Assembly (NCBI GenBank): GCA_000934665.2
Contig: KZ538706.1
Location: forward strand, 1-52,623
Source: Catajapyx aquilonaris
Lineage: Eukaryota
Reading direction: 5' to 3'
Length of the DNA stretch: 52,623 bases
Shown one piece after another: positions 10,397-23,073 of this stretch. The position numbers and the translations under genes were made by a program. Under the pieces are notes generated by a model, which worked only from the letters and a program-made list of their open reading frames with translations, searched no databases and had not been told where the DNA came from. Every line of letters begins with the position of its first letter. Positions within the stretch are counted from its first letter, which is position 1.

Positions 10397-13300
10397 AAAA
10401 AAACAGATTACATCCTCGTAATCAAGATTTGTTTGCCAAATTTAAGAGATCAACTTGTCGGAAGTGCAGCGTCCCTTTAAGAGGCTGAAAGTTGTATGAG
10501 TACAACCTTCCGAGGAAAGGTAAAACACAACTATACAGGTAACTTCCCATGACACTATAATGCTCCGTACTGTTGCTTTGTACTCTGATATCCAGCATAC
10601 AGAACTGTTGAGGCTGAACGCTTGAGTAATGCGGAGCGCATTTTAATTTCCCAAAAGGAAACTTTTGCATCTGTGTACCTGACCTTTTCTCAGGTGATGG
10701 ATAACACCATGTTTGTTCCAGATCTGGATTCCGCAGACGGTTTTGCTCACGACAATACATAATTATTAATTCACACCAACAAGATAACATATGAGTTATT
10801 ATCCTCAATTATTAATTGCATTAATCTCACTCTTTGAAAAGCACGAGAACATCAGTTGGACACAATTGTGCAGAAGCGAGAAACTTGCCGACTGAGTTAA
10901 ACCAACCTACAGGTTCCAACGGTAACGTCATCAATTGATTTTCCCCTCCCGTTCTTTTCCTCGGCACACAGCCTTCATTCGCAGTTAGTGCTGCAATTGA
11001 AGCCAAAGTGCTAGATCTGAGAACATTGGCGCGCTAAGTAATGGGACATGCAAAGGTGGGCGAAAGCTACTGTAGCTTTTACTGCTCCCCTAAAAAGCAC
11101 AGGATCTGGCAGATAGCATCTTTCACGTTCCCGTCAACTCTGCCACTCCCTCGAGTGTTTAATAAACGAGGAGAAAATAATGAGAAGCAAGGCTTTGCAA
11201 AAGCTGGAAAAAAAACCCCCAAAGCTCTCCTCCTGCGTCTTATCTGCCAAAAAAAAAATTCAATAGCTGAATATAATTAAATGCGTTTCTGCAAGAATTG
11301 ATTTTCCGCGGTTCGCAATCACTGCTAGCAGATTTGGAGAAAATTACACGTAGGAGAGAAAAAAACCCAGCTTTCCCCCTGCTTAAGTTTTAACCACTGA
11401 TGAAGCCGAGTCATGCTGAAAATCAGATTTCGTGAAAGTGACCTCGCCTTTCCATTCGCATTCATCAGGAGATCGCTAATGAATATTGCATCCCGCAAAG
11501 CTTGCAGTCACGCCAACGTCCAACTATAGGGGTCTCAGGTGAGGGCGGAGACACCGTCATGCTAAAAAAAGAGTGGAAAGGGGGTTAGGTTGGGGAACCA
11601 CATACACACAGAAAGAGTGATGAATTTTTTATGTCCGCAGCCAGCTCTATAGGCCAGTTAATCTAAAACCAATACGTTAGCAGGCTAAGCCTATGCAAGC
11701 TTGCACGAAAAGCTGTGTTGCCACAACACTGAAGTAAATTGAGGTATAAATAACAAACAGGTGGTCATATATTTCTTACTCAAAAAAAAGTAGTAATAGA
11801 TGGACCTCCAGAATTATGATTCTGGCTCACAATGTCGCAACCATTCTTCCCAATTTTGTTGGACGCGGGGAAGATCTCATGTGGTGTGACCTGAATAAAG
11901 GCTACGGGGTAGAATTAAACCGGGGCAAACCAGGGGGGGTCACGGACCAAGCATGGGTAAGTTAACTGTAGCCGGCATCCAACATTCATCAGACGGCAGG
12001 AAGCTCTGGCCCGTTCCCTGGATGCCAGCAAGCCATGTTTTCGTTCGGAGTTGTCATTCTCAACTAGGTCCCAAAAATCCAGGGGGGCCAGGCAGGTCGG
12101 GCGACATCGTGATTACTTCACTCGACGCGTTTTACACGGAACAGGGTACTGTCAACATGCGGAAGCGACATTTCGCTGGGAAATAACCTTTGAAAATTAT
12201 GCTGGTTTAACACATGGCTGGAAAGCATTCACTGCCAATTTGCAGAATTTTGCAAATTTTTTGCTCGTTTCTGGAAAAAGCGCTGGGAACTGCATCGTTT
12301 ACATGTCTGCCTGGCATTAATGGAAAACAGTGCAGCGTTAAAAGCTCAGTGCGATATTTATATTTTTAAAGGCAATTACGATTGATGCCAAAAGCTCGTA
12401 CTGTAGAGCACAAGCTTGAAAAGGGACCATCGCAGAGTAGATTTATATTTTTAAAAATTATTCATGCAGAGATTTTAGTTTACCTGTTGGAATATTCAAA
12501 TGATCAACAAGGGCATTGTTGTTGTTGCTACTTCTCTAGGCGATGGAGGGGTTTGGTCAGCTCAAAAACTATAGGTAACGAGACGACACAGAGCACGAAT
12601 ACCATGGTAACAACAACATGACTTACGAGCATTCCTACCGTACCACTGATAGGGCCTACTGAGTGATGAAAATGAGGCATGATGCAGGGATATACTCATA
12701 CAAGAAGAAACTGACATACTCGGTATGGCGGTTTGTGGTGGTCCAAGGCGACCGACGACAGAATGTATTTGACCTGCAGCGTCCCTTTCAGAAGTCACAG
12801 GGCGTGCAAGTCGTGCCCACAACTTTGCTTTGGAAACGCGTGGTCCTGCAGGCCCAGAGAGTCAATACAAATGGGAAATGGCCGGAAATAGTTTTAGTCC
12901 CTGAAAGTAGGCAACCGACAAGTTAGGCAGATATGATACATAGGTGGAGGTTGCCTACCTGCAGGCGCTACTCTCACATCGTGCCATCTTAACCAGTGAC
13001 AGTCTAATTGTCCTAATTACTGGTGTCCATAACTAATAAGAGATTACGTATATTTCGAGATTACGCAGGTTAAAACACAATTAAATACCTCACATGACAA
13101 TCTAACTACTAGGTAGCTTGATTTCTGCGTGAATTTGGACTAAAATATTGAACGACTGTGCTGTTAGTAGAAGCGGTTAGCTTGTGGAAGATGTTTCAAG
13201 TTCCCTATACCTACACAGAAAAACAACAGCCGCTATACCTGATGCTGAACGCCCACAAGCTGAGCGCTATATGGCTGACTAATCGGCTGCATAAAACAGT

Positions 13301-15159
13301 AAACAGAACTATTGCAGCTTCAATTATTGCATTCAGTATTTAAATAGCAATTTAGGCAAAAATCTCGCTGTCGTATTAGGCTCCTAGTATCCCCAGATGA
13401 ATGTACATGTATGCATTAATCATACAGTATACACGATACGAATAAAAGCAGTTTCACAAATCTCCAAGAGACAATTTTTTGGATTATTATTTCAGGACAT
13501 AAAGCAGAGCGAACCATATATTATGCAAAATTTTACATGAAGATAGTTTCAGGCCACCTCCATTATTTTACCATCACTTTAAAAAATACAAAGTGGAAAT
13601 TTGAAGCGCATGACTAGAGCCCGGAATATGAGGAATTCCTTTGCCCTGTGACAGCATTGTGCACCCTCTCAAGCCAATTTAAATGTATTGCATGCGAAGA
13701 ATTCGACAGTGCACTTCCTTTCGGATACCATGGCATCCGGCTCCGTCTACGTGCCTGTAAACACCGGAAGTTGTATCCATGGAAAAATTGGCCAGAATAA
13801 ACTGTTCATCCATCAGACGCGTTCCTTCTCATTCCCCTCAGGCAAAAACGCATATCTTTAGGATAAGAGCTGCTTACATCTTGAAAGCAGTCATGCAAAA
13901 GGGGTAGGTTGACGCTACTATAGGGTGGGGTGGGTGGCCAGATCTTTCTCGTGTGCTGTGCTCCCACAGGCAGAATTATTTACGGTACAATTTATGACGC
14001 GTCGACACTGAAATACGAGTTGGAGGCGAGGCAGGCGACGCCGGAGATTAATTTATTTCCAGATTTCCCGCGCTATCAGGGCTGGAGTCCCCAAAAAAAG
14101 AGAAAGATTCTAGAGCCAATAAGACGGTTATTGAGCCTCCACTTTCCTAGCTCAAAAGAAATGATTCTTAACACGATATGGTAAAAGAGCGAGGTAGGGA
14201 AGATCGATCATACGCTGCCGACGTCATCTCGACACGTTTCATATCCATCTGACCGGATGGTTTGGCAGGCATGGCAAGGGGCTCTATTCCTCTCCATCCT
14301 CCCCCCTTTCCCTGTCTTCCTGCCTACTCCAGCCACCTTTCTCCAGATATTGGACGGCCTTGTTTTATCGTTCGAGGCGTGAAAGGGTAGGTCCACCGAT
14401 CAGCATCGTATTCCTCAAGCTGCTAGCGAGACATCATCCTTTTTGCACAGACGTCATACGCGTTCTTTAATAAGCGCCATGGCGTGACGTCAAGTGCGGT
14501 AGGTCAAGTTATCGTGGTGGGTGGAAAGAAGATAAGCTGCATTTAAAGAGAGACAGTATCACCCCATCCAATTAGCAAGGTGGACATAAATTTAATTTTA
14601 GACAATTTTATCTCCCTGTAATTAAATTTTTGTATATCATTTTCAACTGCCTGTTCCATGCGGTACTGAATGACTTCCGCCTCGGACACGCTTCTTTATC
14701 AAAGTTAGGACCATGTTATTGTCTTCCCGTCAGCGGCTGCAGCCAGGCTCCTAAGAGGCCATCAAACTGGTGCCCCAGGTGGCCGCTTTTGATAGCCACC
14801 AGGTTATAACGACTAGAGACAACTTTGCTCTCCTGCACTCGTTAGCTGGACAAAACGTCACCATGGTCCCAAAAACAGCCTCTAGCCACAAGTTGACACT
14901 TGCGGAAATAAAAATGATCCAATTGTCTGGGACGCAAAAAAATGGCAGAAATGATTAATAGAGGGCTGGGGAGGAAGGCGAGGATTAGCCTACTTTCTAA
15001 GAAACTTGCTTGCTTTTGAAAACGGGTGGGATGCGCGAAACAGCTTAATATCGTCTTGTGACCCTGACTTTGCAAATTAATTTCTCCAACCAGCCGTCCT
15101 AGGGATTACTCCTACTAGATTGTGCTGGGGAATGTTGGGAGGAAGGGAGAATAGAGAAT

Positions 15160-15183
15160 GGAGGAGGAGGAGGAGGAGGAGGA
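15160..15183. repeat. (GGA)8 microsatellite
   Basis: Read directly. Confidence 0.9.
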
Positions 15184-16029
15184 TTTTGTCTTTGAGGAGA
15201 GAAAGCCTCTGCCAGTATGGTCAATAAGGTAGGAGCCCAAGACTGGAGCTGACATTCTTTTACAGCGTTCCACGACCAAAGATGGGCGGATTCCCAGACA
15301 ATGATTATTTCCGGATGGGTCCCCAGATTCTACTTGGGCTTTTCTTGTGGTGGGGAGAGAGGGAAGGAGCAGGGTGACGCGTGGGGGAGGAGACAGTATG
15401 CTCTGTTTTTATATGGATAATCCTCGCCTTTTCATGGTGCCATTCCGAGCACTTGTGTTTCATGGGTAGACTGGCCATGTGACAGCCCAACTTGGAACTT
15501 CATCAAATCCAAGAAATTTGTTATCCCTCGAACCGCCTCTCCAGTTACAGCTTCAGTCATTTATATTGTTGTTGGTACATTTTTTGTGGGAATTACGAGA
15601 CGCAGCAATAAGACGAGAGTTAATCAAGAAGTGTTGACAGTTTTCTGATGCGGCGGAGAGGGAGTTCTCGTTGGTTACACTGGTTTGATGGGTTATGTGA
15701 GAGTCACTCACAGACAAGCCAAATTTATAACAATACATGTACAGAGTATATGAGTATTAAATATATTGTCATAAATGAATCACGTACTGTACAACCAAGT
15801 GAGGAAAATGAATAGCTCTTTGGTAGTTATAGCATGTAATTTGCTTTTTAGCATTTTCCCAAATTCCCTGACTGATTTCGGTATCTTAAATATTATTATT
15901 ATCGAAGCGAGGAGAAACTGTATGCTTAATGTACAAGTTGAATATTAGTCTATACTGTACAAAATAAAAACCGAGCCCTTGAATTTTCAAGGGCCCATAT
16001 TACCTTCTTTGTCACTGAAATATTATTAG

Positions 16030-16230
16030 GTTTTAGTATCATTGTTTGGTGAAATATTATTAAGTAAAATATTTTTAAAAATTAAAAATTAAAAGTTAAT
16101 TTACCATTTCAAATTCAAATTAATTTAATTAATTTAATAAGATTCAATTTAATTTAAGAAAATAAATTTTAAACAGATTGAAAATTTTAATTTAATTAAA
16201 TATTAAACACGAATTAGAATATTATTGATA
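16030..16230. repeat. Extremely AT-rich low-complexity tract
   Basis: Reiterated AATT/TTAA words and very few G or C. Boundaries approximate. Confidence 0.7.
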
Positions 16231-17195
16231 GAATATCAGCTTCTTGTTCTCCACTGGTGGCAACCTCAACATTATTTTCTGGAAGGCGTTGCCTGGTGTC
16301 TGACGTGTGGGTCTGTAAAATAGAATGCGCAAATCATGGATTCAATAATGGTTGTTGATATAGTACTAGTTGACAGTGTGATATTTTAATTAATCAATTC
16401 CAAAGAAACTGGAATACTCTCACAGAACTTTAATAAACCTGCCACTAATTGCATAGTAATTTGAGAAGTTGCACTTTCTAGGCTTCAGCTACGACTTTAA
16501 AACTTACAGAAAACAGAATGCGCCATAGCCTTTGAAAAAAAACCTAGCAGAAAATTGTTATGTTACAGACGCCTGATATATTACCCTCATAAATATCCCA
16601 AGGACTTTCAAATAATCGTGATATTGAGACCACTTGTGCAGGAACGTAATTGCTCCTTTGGCGGAAAGTTTAAAAACACAAGGGGGAGTGGTACGTATAA
16701 GAAAGAATTGGGGCTGGCTGGAAGGAGGGTGGAAAAAAACGTAGCCTACGATCGAAACTGTCGAACCGGAGTATAACACAAGAAGCGAAAGCACGAAGAC
16801 GACGAAAATAAGAACCGTCGCATAATATAAGATGAGCCTCATTTGTTCGCTGACTAGGTTTGGATGCCGCCAAATTATTTTGTCACGCGGTGTCCAATCT
16901 AATTTCGACTCCCCAACGTTGATATCAGAAAGAGCCCGAAAAATGCTGATTCTTACAGCTCTCGAGACTGGTGAATGAGACAATGGAATTTGCAACTGCT
17001 CGCCTGACCGCCAACTCGAGTGATCATCAGTGGTGTCGTTGTCCGATTCAGCAATATTGAATTTCTCATGTCGCATTACAGTCTCGCCCCACGTTACAGC
17101 GCTACGGAATGTGCCTTTTTTCCTGTGAGGCATATACAAACACTGTAGCTTTTATTTCCCGGAAGAAAATGCGAGGAGTAAAAAAAGACCATTCT

Positions 17196-17235
17196 TCTCT
17201 CTCTCTCTCTCCCTTTCCTTCTCTCTCTCTCTCTC
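17196..17235. repeat. Interrupted (CT)n microsatellite
   Basis: Read directly. Confidence 0.9.
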
Positions 17236-20200
17236 ACTGATTTATATACCCCATGAGAAACGTCCAAGGTAGCGGGAATGAAAGATGCTCACTGTCACAA
17301 GTCTCTTCGTGATTGTAGCTTCGCAGAGGGCGTTCATAAATTACGTTGCATTAAAAAAATAAAAAAAACTCTAAAAAAGGTGGATCGGATACCAAGAAAA
17401 TGCGGAGAAATCGCAACAAGGTGGACCAGAATTTAAACAAAGCAGAAGCTGCACTATATGGCTAAGTACCTTTTTATCAAAAACTTTCTTGTGCCCAGCT
17501 TGTCTCCTATAATTCGAGTAGTCATCTTGACTCATTACCATCCGAAACAAGATTGCAAAATGCAGACAAACGATCGCAGCCTTCAAACATGGCTCTTGAA
17601 GAAAAAAAAAATGGAAGGCTTCGGAAAAAAAGGGTGGGAGAGGGGGGGGGGGGNGGGTCTCGAAAAGAAATTTCCAACAACCGGCGCCATTGCCATAACG
17701 ACCCGATTAGGGGGCCAAAAAAGACGCCACATACCGCGGATGGCAATTTCCATAACGAACACCTGATGAGGCTTGCATCTTCCCCACCTCGTCCAAAATT
17801 GTTACTTATTCACGAAATACCTTTTTTTTGTTGGGTGATCAAGGACGCCTACCCCCTGCCTACCACCATTCCATGCCTGCTTAATTCCTAATGGGGCTTC
17901 CTCCATTTTTCTCTAGCATGCTATGACTACGGTTGTGGTGGGGGTGGTGAAAGAGCTGGCTTTGGCAGCGATGGGGAAAGAGGGGGAAGGCGGGGAGGCT
18001 AGGCATAGGGTGGGTGGAGGGGGACAACTTTTATTCCTCTCCCAGGGAATGCTTTTCGAGAACCGTAATGAAGTGAGTGGATGGATATGGAAATTTGGGA
18101 CAGAAAATTGAGGATTTTTGCATATGTTATTCAAAGTGGGCGAAGAACTCGACAGCACTGCTCTGCGGCTGGCAGAATTTCACGGCAGGGAAGGGGACTG
18201 CTTGCCTTGTTCGGAATATGTTAGACCTAGGCACCCTTGTACCGTCCTGAAAAAAGTCCACCTACTTTTTTTGTGTCAGCCTGTAGGGCCAGCGTCCTTG
18301 CTTATTGTCAACGACCCTTCGCATTTTCACGGGATGCTATACTGTAGGGCATGGGCTTAATCCCTACCTCATCCAGGCCTGTGCACACACTACCCCGTCT
18401 CCCCTTACTGCTCCCATCCACACTTGCAACCAACATTGCGTCATGTGATCCTATTAAAGCTAATAAACCTGTTTGGCTGCTCCTGTCAGACTTGACCAAC
18501 TAAGCCAACGTAATAGCTACAGATCTGGTCCGAATAACGAGCGCTTAGTCAACAATAAAGTCCGCCGCACACCTTAATGCCCTTGGAAGTCGAAATGGGT
18601 AAGGACTTTGCCACAACCCTCGAGATTATACCCCGACCGCCGACTATACATAGAGGCTACCCAACAGTTAATCTTTTGAACAACGAGATAAGTCGGTTTG
18701 GTCGTGTCCAAAAGCGAGATATTCACTCGGGTAGGGGGAAATGATGGGGGGTGGTTTCCAGTGGGGTGAGTAAGCGATATGGACCAAAGATGGCTTGACC
18801 GCTGGGAGGTCGCAGGCCTGAGGTCATTAATGCCTGACGTGGCCACAATACACGCCCGTTTCCGCTCGGCCGATTGACCCCGGGGGCGTTCGTGTGAAGA
18901 GAAATGTGGGGGTGAAAGTAGGGGGGGGGGCACCATTGGATTTTCAGGAGAGGGAAAGGTTTCACGGTCAATCGCATATGTAAATGGCAGCGACAGTCGG
19001 AGCGTACGTAATCACATATTACGTTAGAGCACCGGCTTGTGACTACAAGCCTTCCTCGACCAAAAATCGGTGCCCAACCTTGTTTTCTCTGGCCTTTGAG
19101 AAAACATTTCCACACCCCTAGCTTACAAGGGCGTGTCTTTATCGCACTTCGAAACCCAAAGCGGGACAAATGCGATTGGATATCCGAGCGGCAGGAGTGA
19201 TGGCCAAGCATGATGGTATCGAAAATACACATTTCGTCCGCCCTTTATTATTCTCATTTCAAGCAGAAAAGGCCTGCTTATGAACTCACCATGTACAGTA
19301 CAATCTAAGATGGCCACCGCCTCTATACTCAAGGCGAAAACTCCAACAGTTTGTCCAAATCACCAGGGGCTGTCCCACGCTCCAAGATAACGCCAAAACA
19401 CGTGCAGGCAAAAAAAAAGTGGCCCGCAAAATGTAGAGGTCTTGGAGAAAATTGGGACTTCATAAAAAGGTAGAGTGAAGGAAAACGTGCTGTATAAAGT
19501 CCTTGGGGTAGGTAAGCAAGTTGTTGAGCGCACGCCCACACTAGCACGAGTGGTGCTGATAAGAAGAGCAGGCTGCAATCCAGACTTTTTGGCGGGAGGG
19601 AGGGAGGGAGGGAGGAGGAAAGTGGGGGAAGGCTGTAGGGGGCGGGGGGTATGCTTCGAAGCGGCTAATTCCATTTCCCATCGGCGAAAACCGGTCCACG
19701 AGATCAGCGACAGGGAGCAAGCCAGTGTTGACTCTCACCATTCCCAGCAACCTTCATGCGAAAGGATGATAACAGATTTTATGAGAAGCGCAAACGCAAA
19801 CTCTCGCCTCTGTAGACGTAGTAACCCCTATTACAAGCTATGCATGCAAATGACTCGGGGCCTGGTGTTGACAGTGCCTCCTCCCTCACCTCCTCTGGTT
19901 CCACCCCCCCCCCCCCNNNNNCCCCCCCCCCCCCTCTCTTCACATTGGAATTCAGAGTAGATCACGTCTCAGTACCAGGGGTTTATCCATACGGTACTAG
20001 AGCTGTTACAACAAGACAAACCACCGGTGCTACTATGCGACTCTACAAGTTTTTCGGCCATTTTCATTCCCCGTCCCGTTTGATAGTCCGGGCGAGCAAG
20101 CAAAACGAGATGCAAGCTCAGACAGGCTCAAATATTGACACTTGCTCGTGTGCCTTCCTTGCCTTCTTCACTTTTTGGAAGAGGACTAGTTGCGGCGAAA

Positions 20201-20818
20201 TTACGACAGGCAATAAAGCAGCGGGAGCATTTGTAAAGGGCAGAAATTTTCGAACACTACAGGGCAGAAGTGGGTGGACAGATATGGTCAGACTCATTCA
20301 AGGACCCTTTTTCCAGAAGAGAAATTCAATTGAAGAGGGTCAGGATAATTATAGAGTAAAAGGTGGTTGAATATTTTCTTTAAAAGACGCTTTAAAATCA
20401 GTGGGTCTAGTGCATTAGTGGCTATTGCCAAAGTTTCGCACATGGGTACGTTTGTTCTGCTATAATTACGTCGTTACTTAGCGGTAGTAAAAATTTTCAT
20501 TATAGTGACGCCATCAACATAATATTTAATTAAGTTTTTATGACGTGCAAGGCCCATGGGCACAAACAGGATCACTTTTCTGTCACTAGTTTTATAACCC
20601 TATATTTAAAAATGAAAACTCAAATAATGTGGATGACAACCGCACACCCAGCGCACACCACACATTATTTGCCAAATAGACATACGTATGGCTCGAGGTA
20701 AGCTAACTTCCTCTTCTATCACTCCTGCTTGTCATCTTTCCCAACTATATCACTGGATGTCCCGTATACAATAGCTAAAGCACAAGAAACAGTTGAAAAT
20801 TATACGCATATTTTCAGC

Positions 20819-21680
20819 ATGAAGGCTGAAGAGATCTTCCATCACCTGGTGACCATAAGCTCCTTTAGTTATGTGCCTGGTTTACCAGCAGAGACCTATG
20901 CACTGTAAGTTACTAAGTAACTTACAGTGCATGGGTCTCTGCTCTTGATATGTTACAAAGGGGTGCAACAAGTCTTGTTGCGCCCCTTTGTAACATCAAG
21001 AGCAACCTGGACTCTGCTACTGTACAGTACCCGAAACACTTCGACGGACACGTCAGCTTATTTCTAAAACGGATGGAAAACTAGAGGGGTTACCCTCGAG
21101 TTATAATTACTTGTTCTGTCATACTGAAGAACACCGAAGATCAGGATATAAGGGTCACTGCTTTTAACAAAGTACAGTACTGACTCAATACTGACTACAC
21201 CTACAGTACTCGTATACCGAGGGGCTAGGCAAAGTGGGTGCGGCGGGGTGGAGTTTCGAGCCTCAATGTTATAGCACTACATTTGATTAGTACATTATTA
21301 TGAATAGTAGACCTACTTGTGGTAGTAGCTTGTGCAACGTTAATAACCAGAGCAGCTCTTGCAATTTTTCCCCAAGGCCTTCCGACAAGAGGGTTTGTAG
21401 GGGTTTCGTGCAGAGAGTTATCACACTGGATGAGCTGCTTTCACGCCCAGACTTCCTTCCGGAGGATACTCTCACAATTACAGTCAATGGATTGTTGGAA
21501 ACCGGCTATTCCTTAGCTAAAGAACCTATTCGGTCGCCAAGAAAATGGAGGGTGCGTTTCCACTAGGACTGGATCATCTTACAGTTAGATGAAAATGTGA
21601 CCCTATACAGGAGAAGGAAACTGTCGGAGCAACATGACTGCTGCCGGAGGAAGAATAATAACCGTTTTTAACAATATAAA
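20819..21680 (+). pseudogene. MATH-domain pseudogene, probably MATH-BTB (SPOP/roadkill/TDPOZ-family-like)
   Basis: Reconstructed translation: MKAEEIFHHLVTISSFSYVPGLPAETYAL* [63-bp palindromic insert] VLLRPFVTSRATWTLLLY [+5 bp] PKHFDGHVSLFLKRMEN*RGYPRVIITCSVILKNTEDQDIRVTAFNK [putative phase-0 intron 21172-21350] SSSCNFSPRPSDKRVCRGFVQRVITLDELLSRPDFLPEDTLTITV. This follows the MATH motif order (TIxxFS, WxLxxYP, VSLFL, GF, FLxxDTLTI). A frameshifted LYRRRKLS/MTAAGGRIITV at about 21603-21670 weakly resembles a BTB start. A TTTTCAG acceptor lies just before the ATG. Stops at 20906, 21082 and 21564. Confidence 0.8.
20887..21004. repeat. Back-to-back double palindrome (A-A'-B'-B) inside the MATH pseudogene
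   Basis: A 20887-20914 and A' 20916-20943 match 27/28. B' 20940-20972 and B 20974-21004 differ by 1 mismatch and a 2-bp indel. A' and B' overlap by TGCT (20940-20943). Confidence 0.93.
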
Positions 21681-22193
21681 GGGGATAAATGAAGTTATTG
21701 TAAGTTTGGATCATAGGGAGGGATGTCCCTCGAACAATAATTCTCATTATTTTTCGATTGTTTCGGGGGGTTCCTGCTTGAAGAAATAAAAGTCTAAGAT
21801 TAACATCTTAAACCATTTCATGTATATTTCAGTACCAAGATGTCGGCAGTGGCAATTAGAAAGGCAAGTTGCTCAATAGGATTATTGTTGTTCTCTTGAA
21901 TTGAAAGCGTTGTGAATACGATGATATTAGGGAAAGAATATACACAGCGAAGCACAAACACCTCGGACAGAGGATTCTCATGTGGAAAGTGTTTTGAGAG
22001 GTTTTTTCTGTGCTCGCGCGGGTTTTCTTGGGGGTTTTAGTTTCCTCCAGCAGTATCTTTTCCCCTATCACCCTCTTCTGTGCCAGATTCTTTGGTTCCC
22101 CTAATCAACCAACCATTCAATCTCGATGTGAACATGGAGAAATAAAATAATGCCTTTGAGAAAAATCTTAGTGTATATTGTCGTGTTAATATA

Positions 22194-22625
22194 CATTGTA
22201 CTCCCGATTATCCGAGTTAATGACTGCAAGGGTGTTGCCGGATAATCGGGAAATGGTCCTATAAATCGTAAAATATTAGCTATTCGCAAGTTTTTAATGT
22301 ACTCTACTATTGATTGTATAATTATTATGTATACCATAGAGAGTACCGGTATGCTGTTTGGTCGAATAAAAAGAAACAAAACTTGCCATAGATTTTCACT
22401 TTCTCTTCTAGGAAAAGTCTTACATTTCTTCATTGGCGAGATATATTGACAGTGGGTGGAATTTTCGTCCCACTGCTAGTTACTACTGCTAACTTAGCAG
22501 TACCAGTGTAGTCAGTGATACCGCTAAGGTAGCAATATCTAGCAGTGGGACGAAAATTTGACACATTTTCGGACTTTTTGCCGATGCACGGATAATTCGC
22601 AACACAGATAATCGGGGGTACAGTG
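22194..22625. mobile_element. pogo/Tigger-like MITE
   Basis: TA|CATTGTACTCCCGATTATCCG ... CAGATAATCGGGGGTACAGTG|TA (18/21), with internal repeats of GGATAATCG/GGATAATTCG. Confidence 0.65.
22460..22558. repeat. Hairpin inside the pogo-like MITE
   Basis: AATTTTCGTCCCACTGCTAG ... CTAGCAGTGGGACGAAAATT: 20-bp perfect outer stem with an imperfect extension. Confidence 0.8.
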
Positions 22626-22921
22626 TAATTAGCTGTCCCAGGGAAGTTATGTGACACACTAGTTTATTGATGGTGGGGGCGACATTTGGATATAGTAGGC
22701 TATTATTGGAGAAAGGAAAAGCATTTTTGTGAGTGCGTAACATACTTTATCTCGTGGTTTTTCCGCACACGCCACATTATAATAAGTGTGGCCTAAAAAT
22801 TATTGTTGTAATCACAATTCCGCCACACACAAAAGAATCATAAGCTATACATGGTGTTTCTCGGCCCAATTTTACGGCCCAAGCAAAAGCTGACGGGAGA
22901 GAATAGTCAATAATTATCTAA

Positions 22922-23073
22922 AGGTGCGTTTACATGTGAGAGATTTGACGAGCGAAATCTTTGCCGAGGCTGAAATTAACAATAGATTTTCGCCTCAAAA
23001 AATATTGGTTACTTGGGCTACTCAACCTCGGCGAAGATTTCGCTCGTCAAATCGCTCACATGTAAACGCACCT
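22922..23073. mobile_element. PIF/Harbinger (Tourist-like) MITE, 152 bp
   Basis: TIRs AGGTGCGTTTACATGTGAG... of about 50 bp, near perfect. TAA TSD at 22919-21 and 23074-76. Confidence 0.85.

Noticed and set aside
11397..11435. Hammerhead-like CTGATGA-AGC...GCT-GAAA
   Set aside because: Stem II is only 3 bp, stem III is marginal, and no stem I pairing follows the putative cleavage site.
16030..16230. Possible mitochondrial insertion (NUMT)
   Set aside because: AT-rich only; no mitochondrial tRNA, rRNA or protein motif recognised.
18574..19330. TE-like GC-richer segment with overlapping ORFs
   Set aside because: Only an 8-bp inverted match (ATAGAGGC), no TSD and no recognisable protein.
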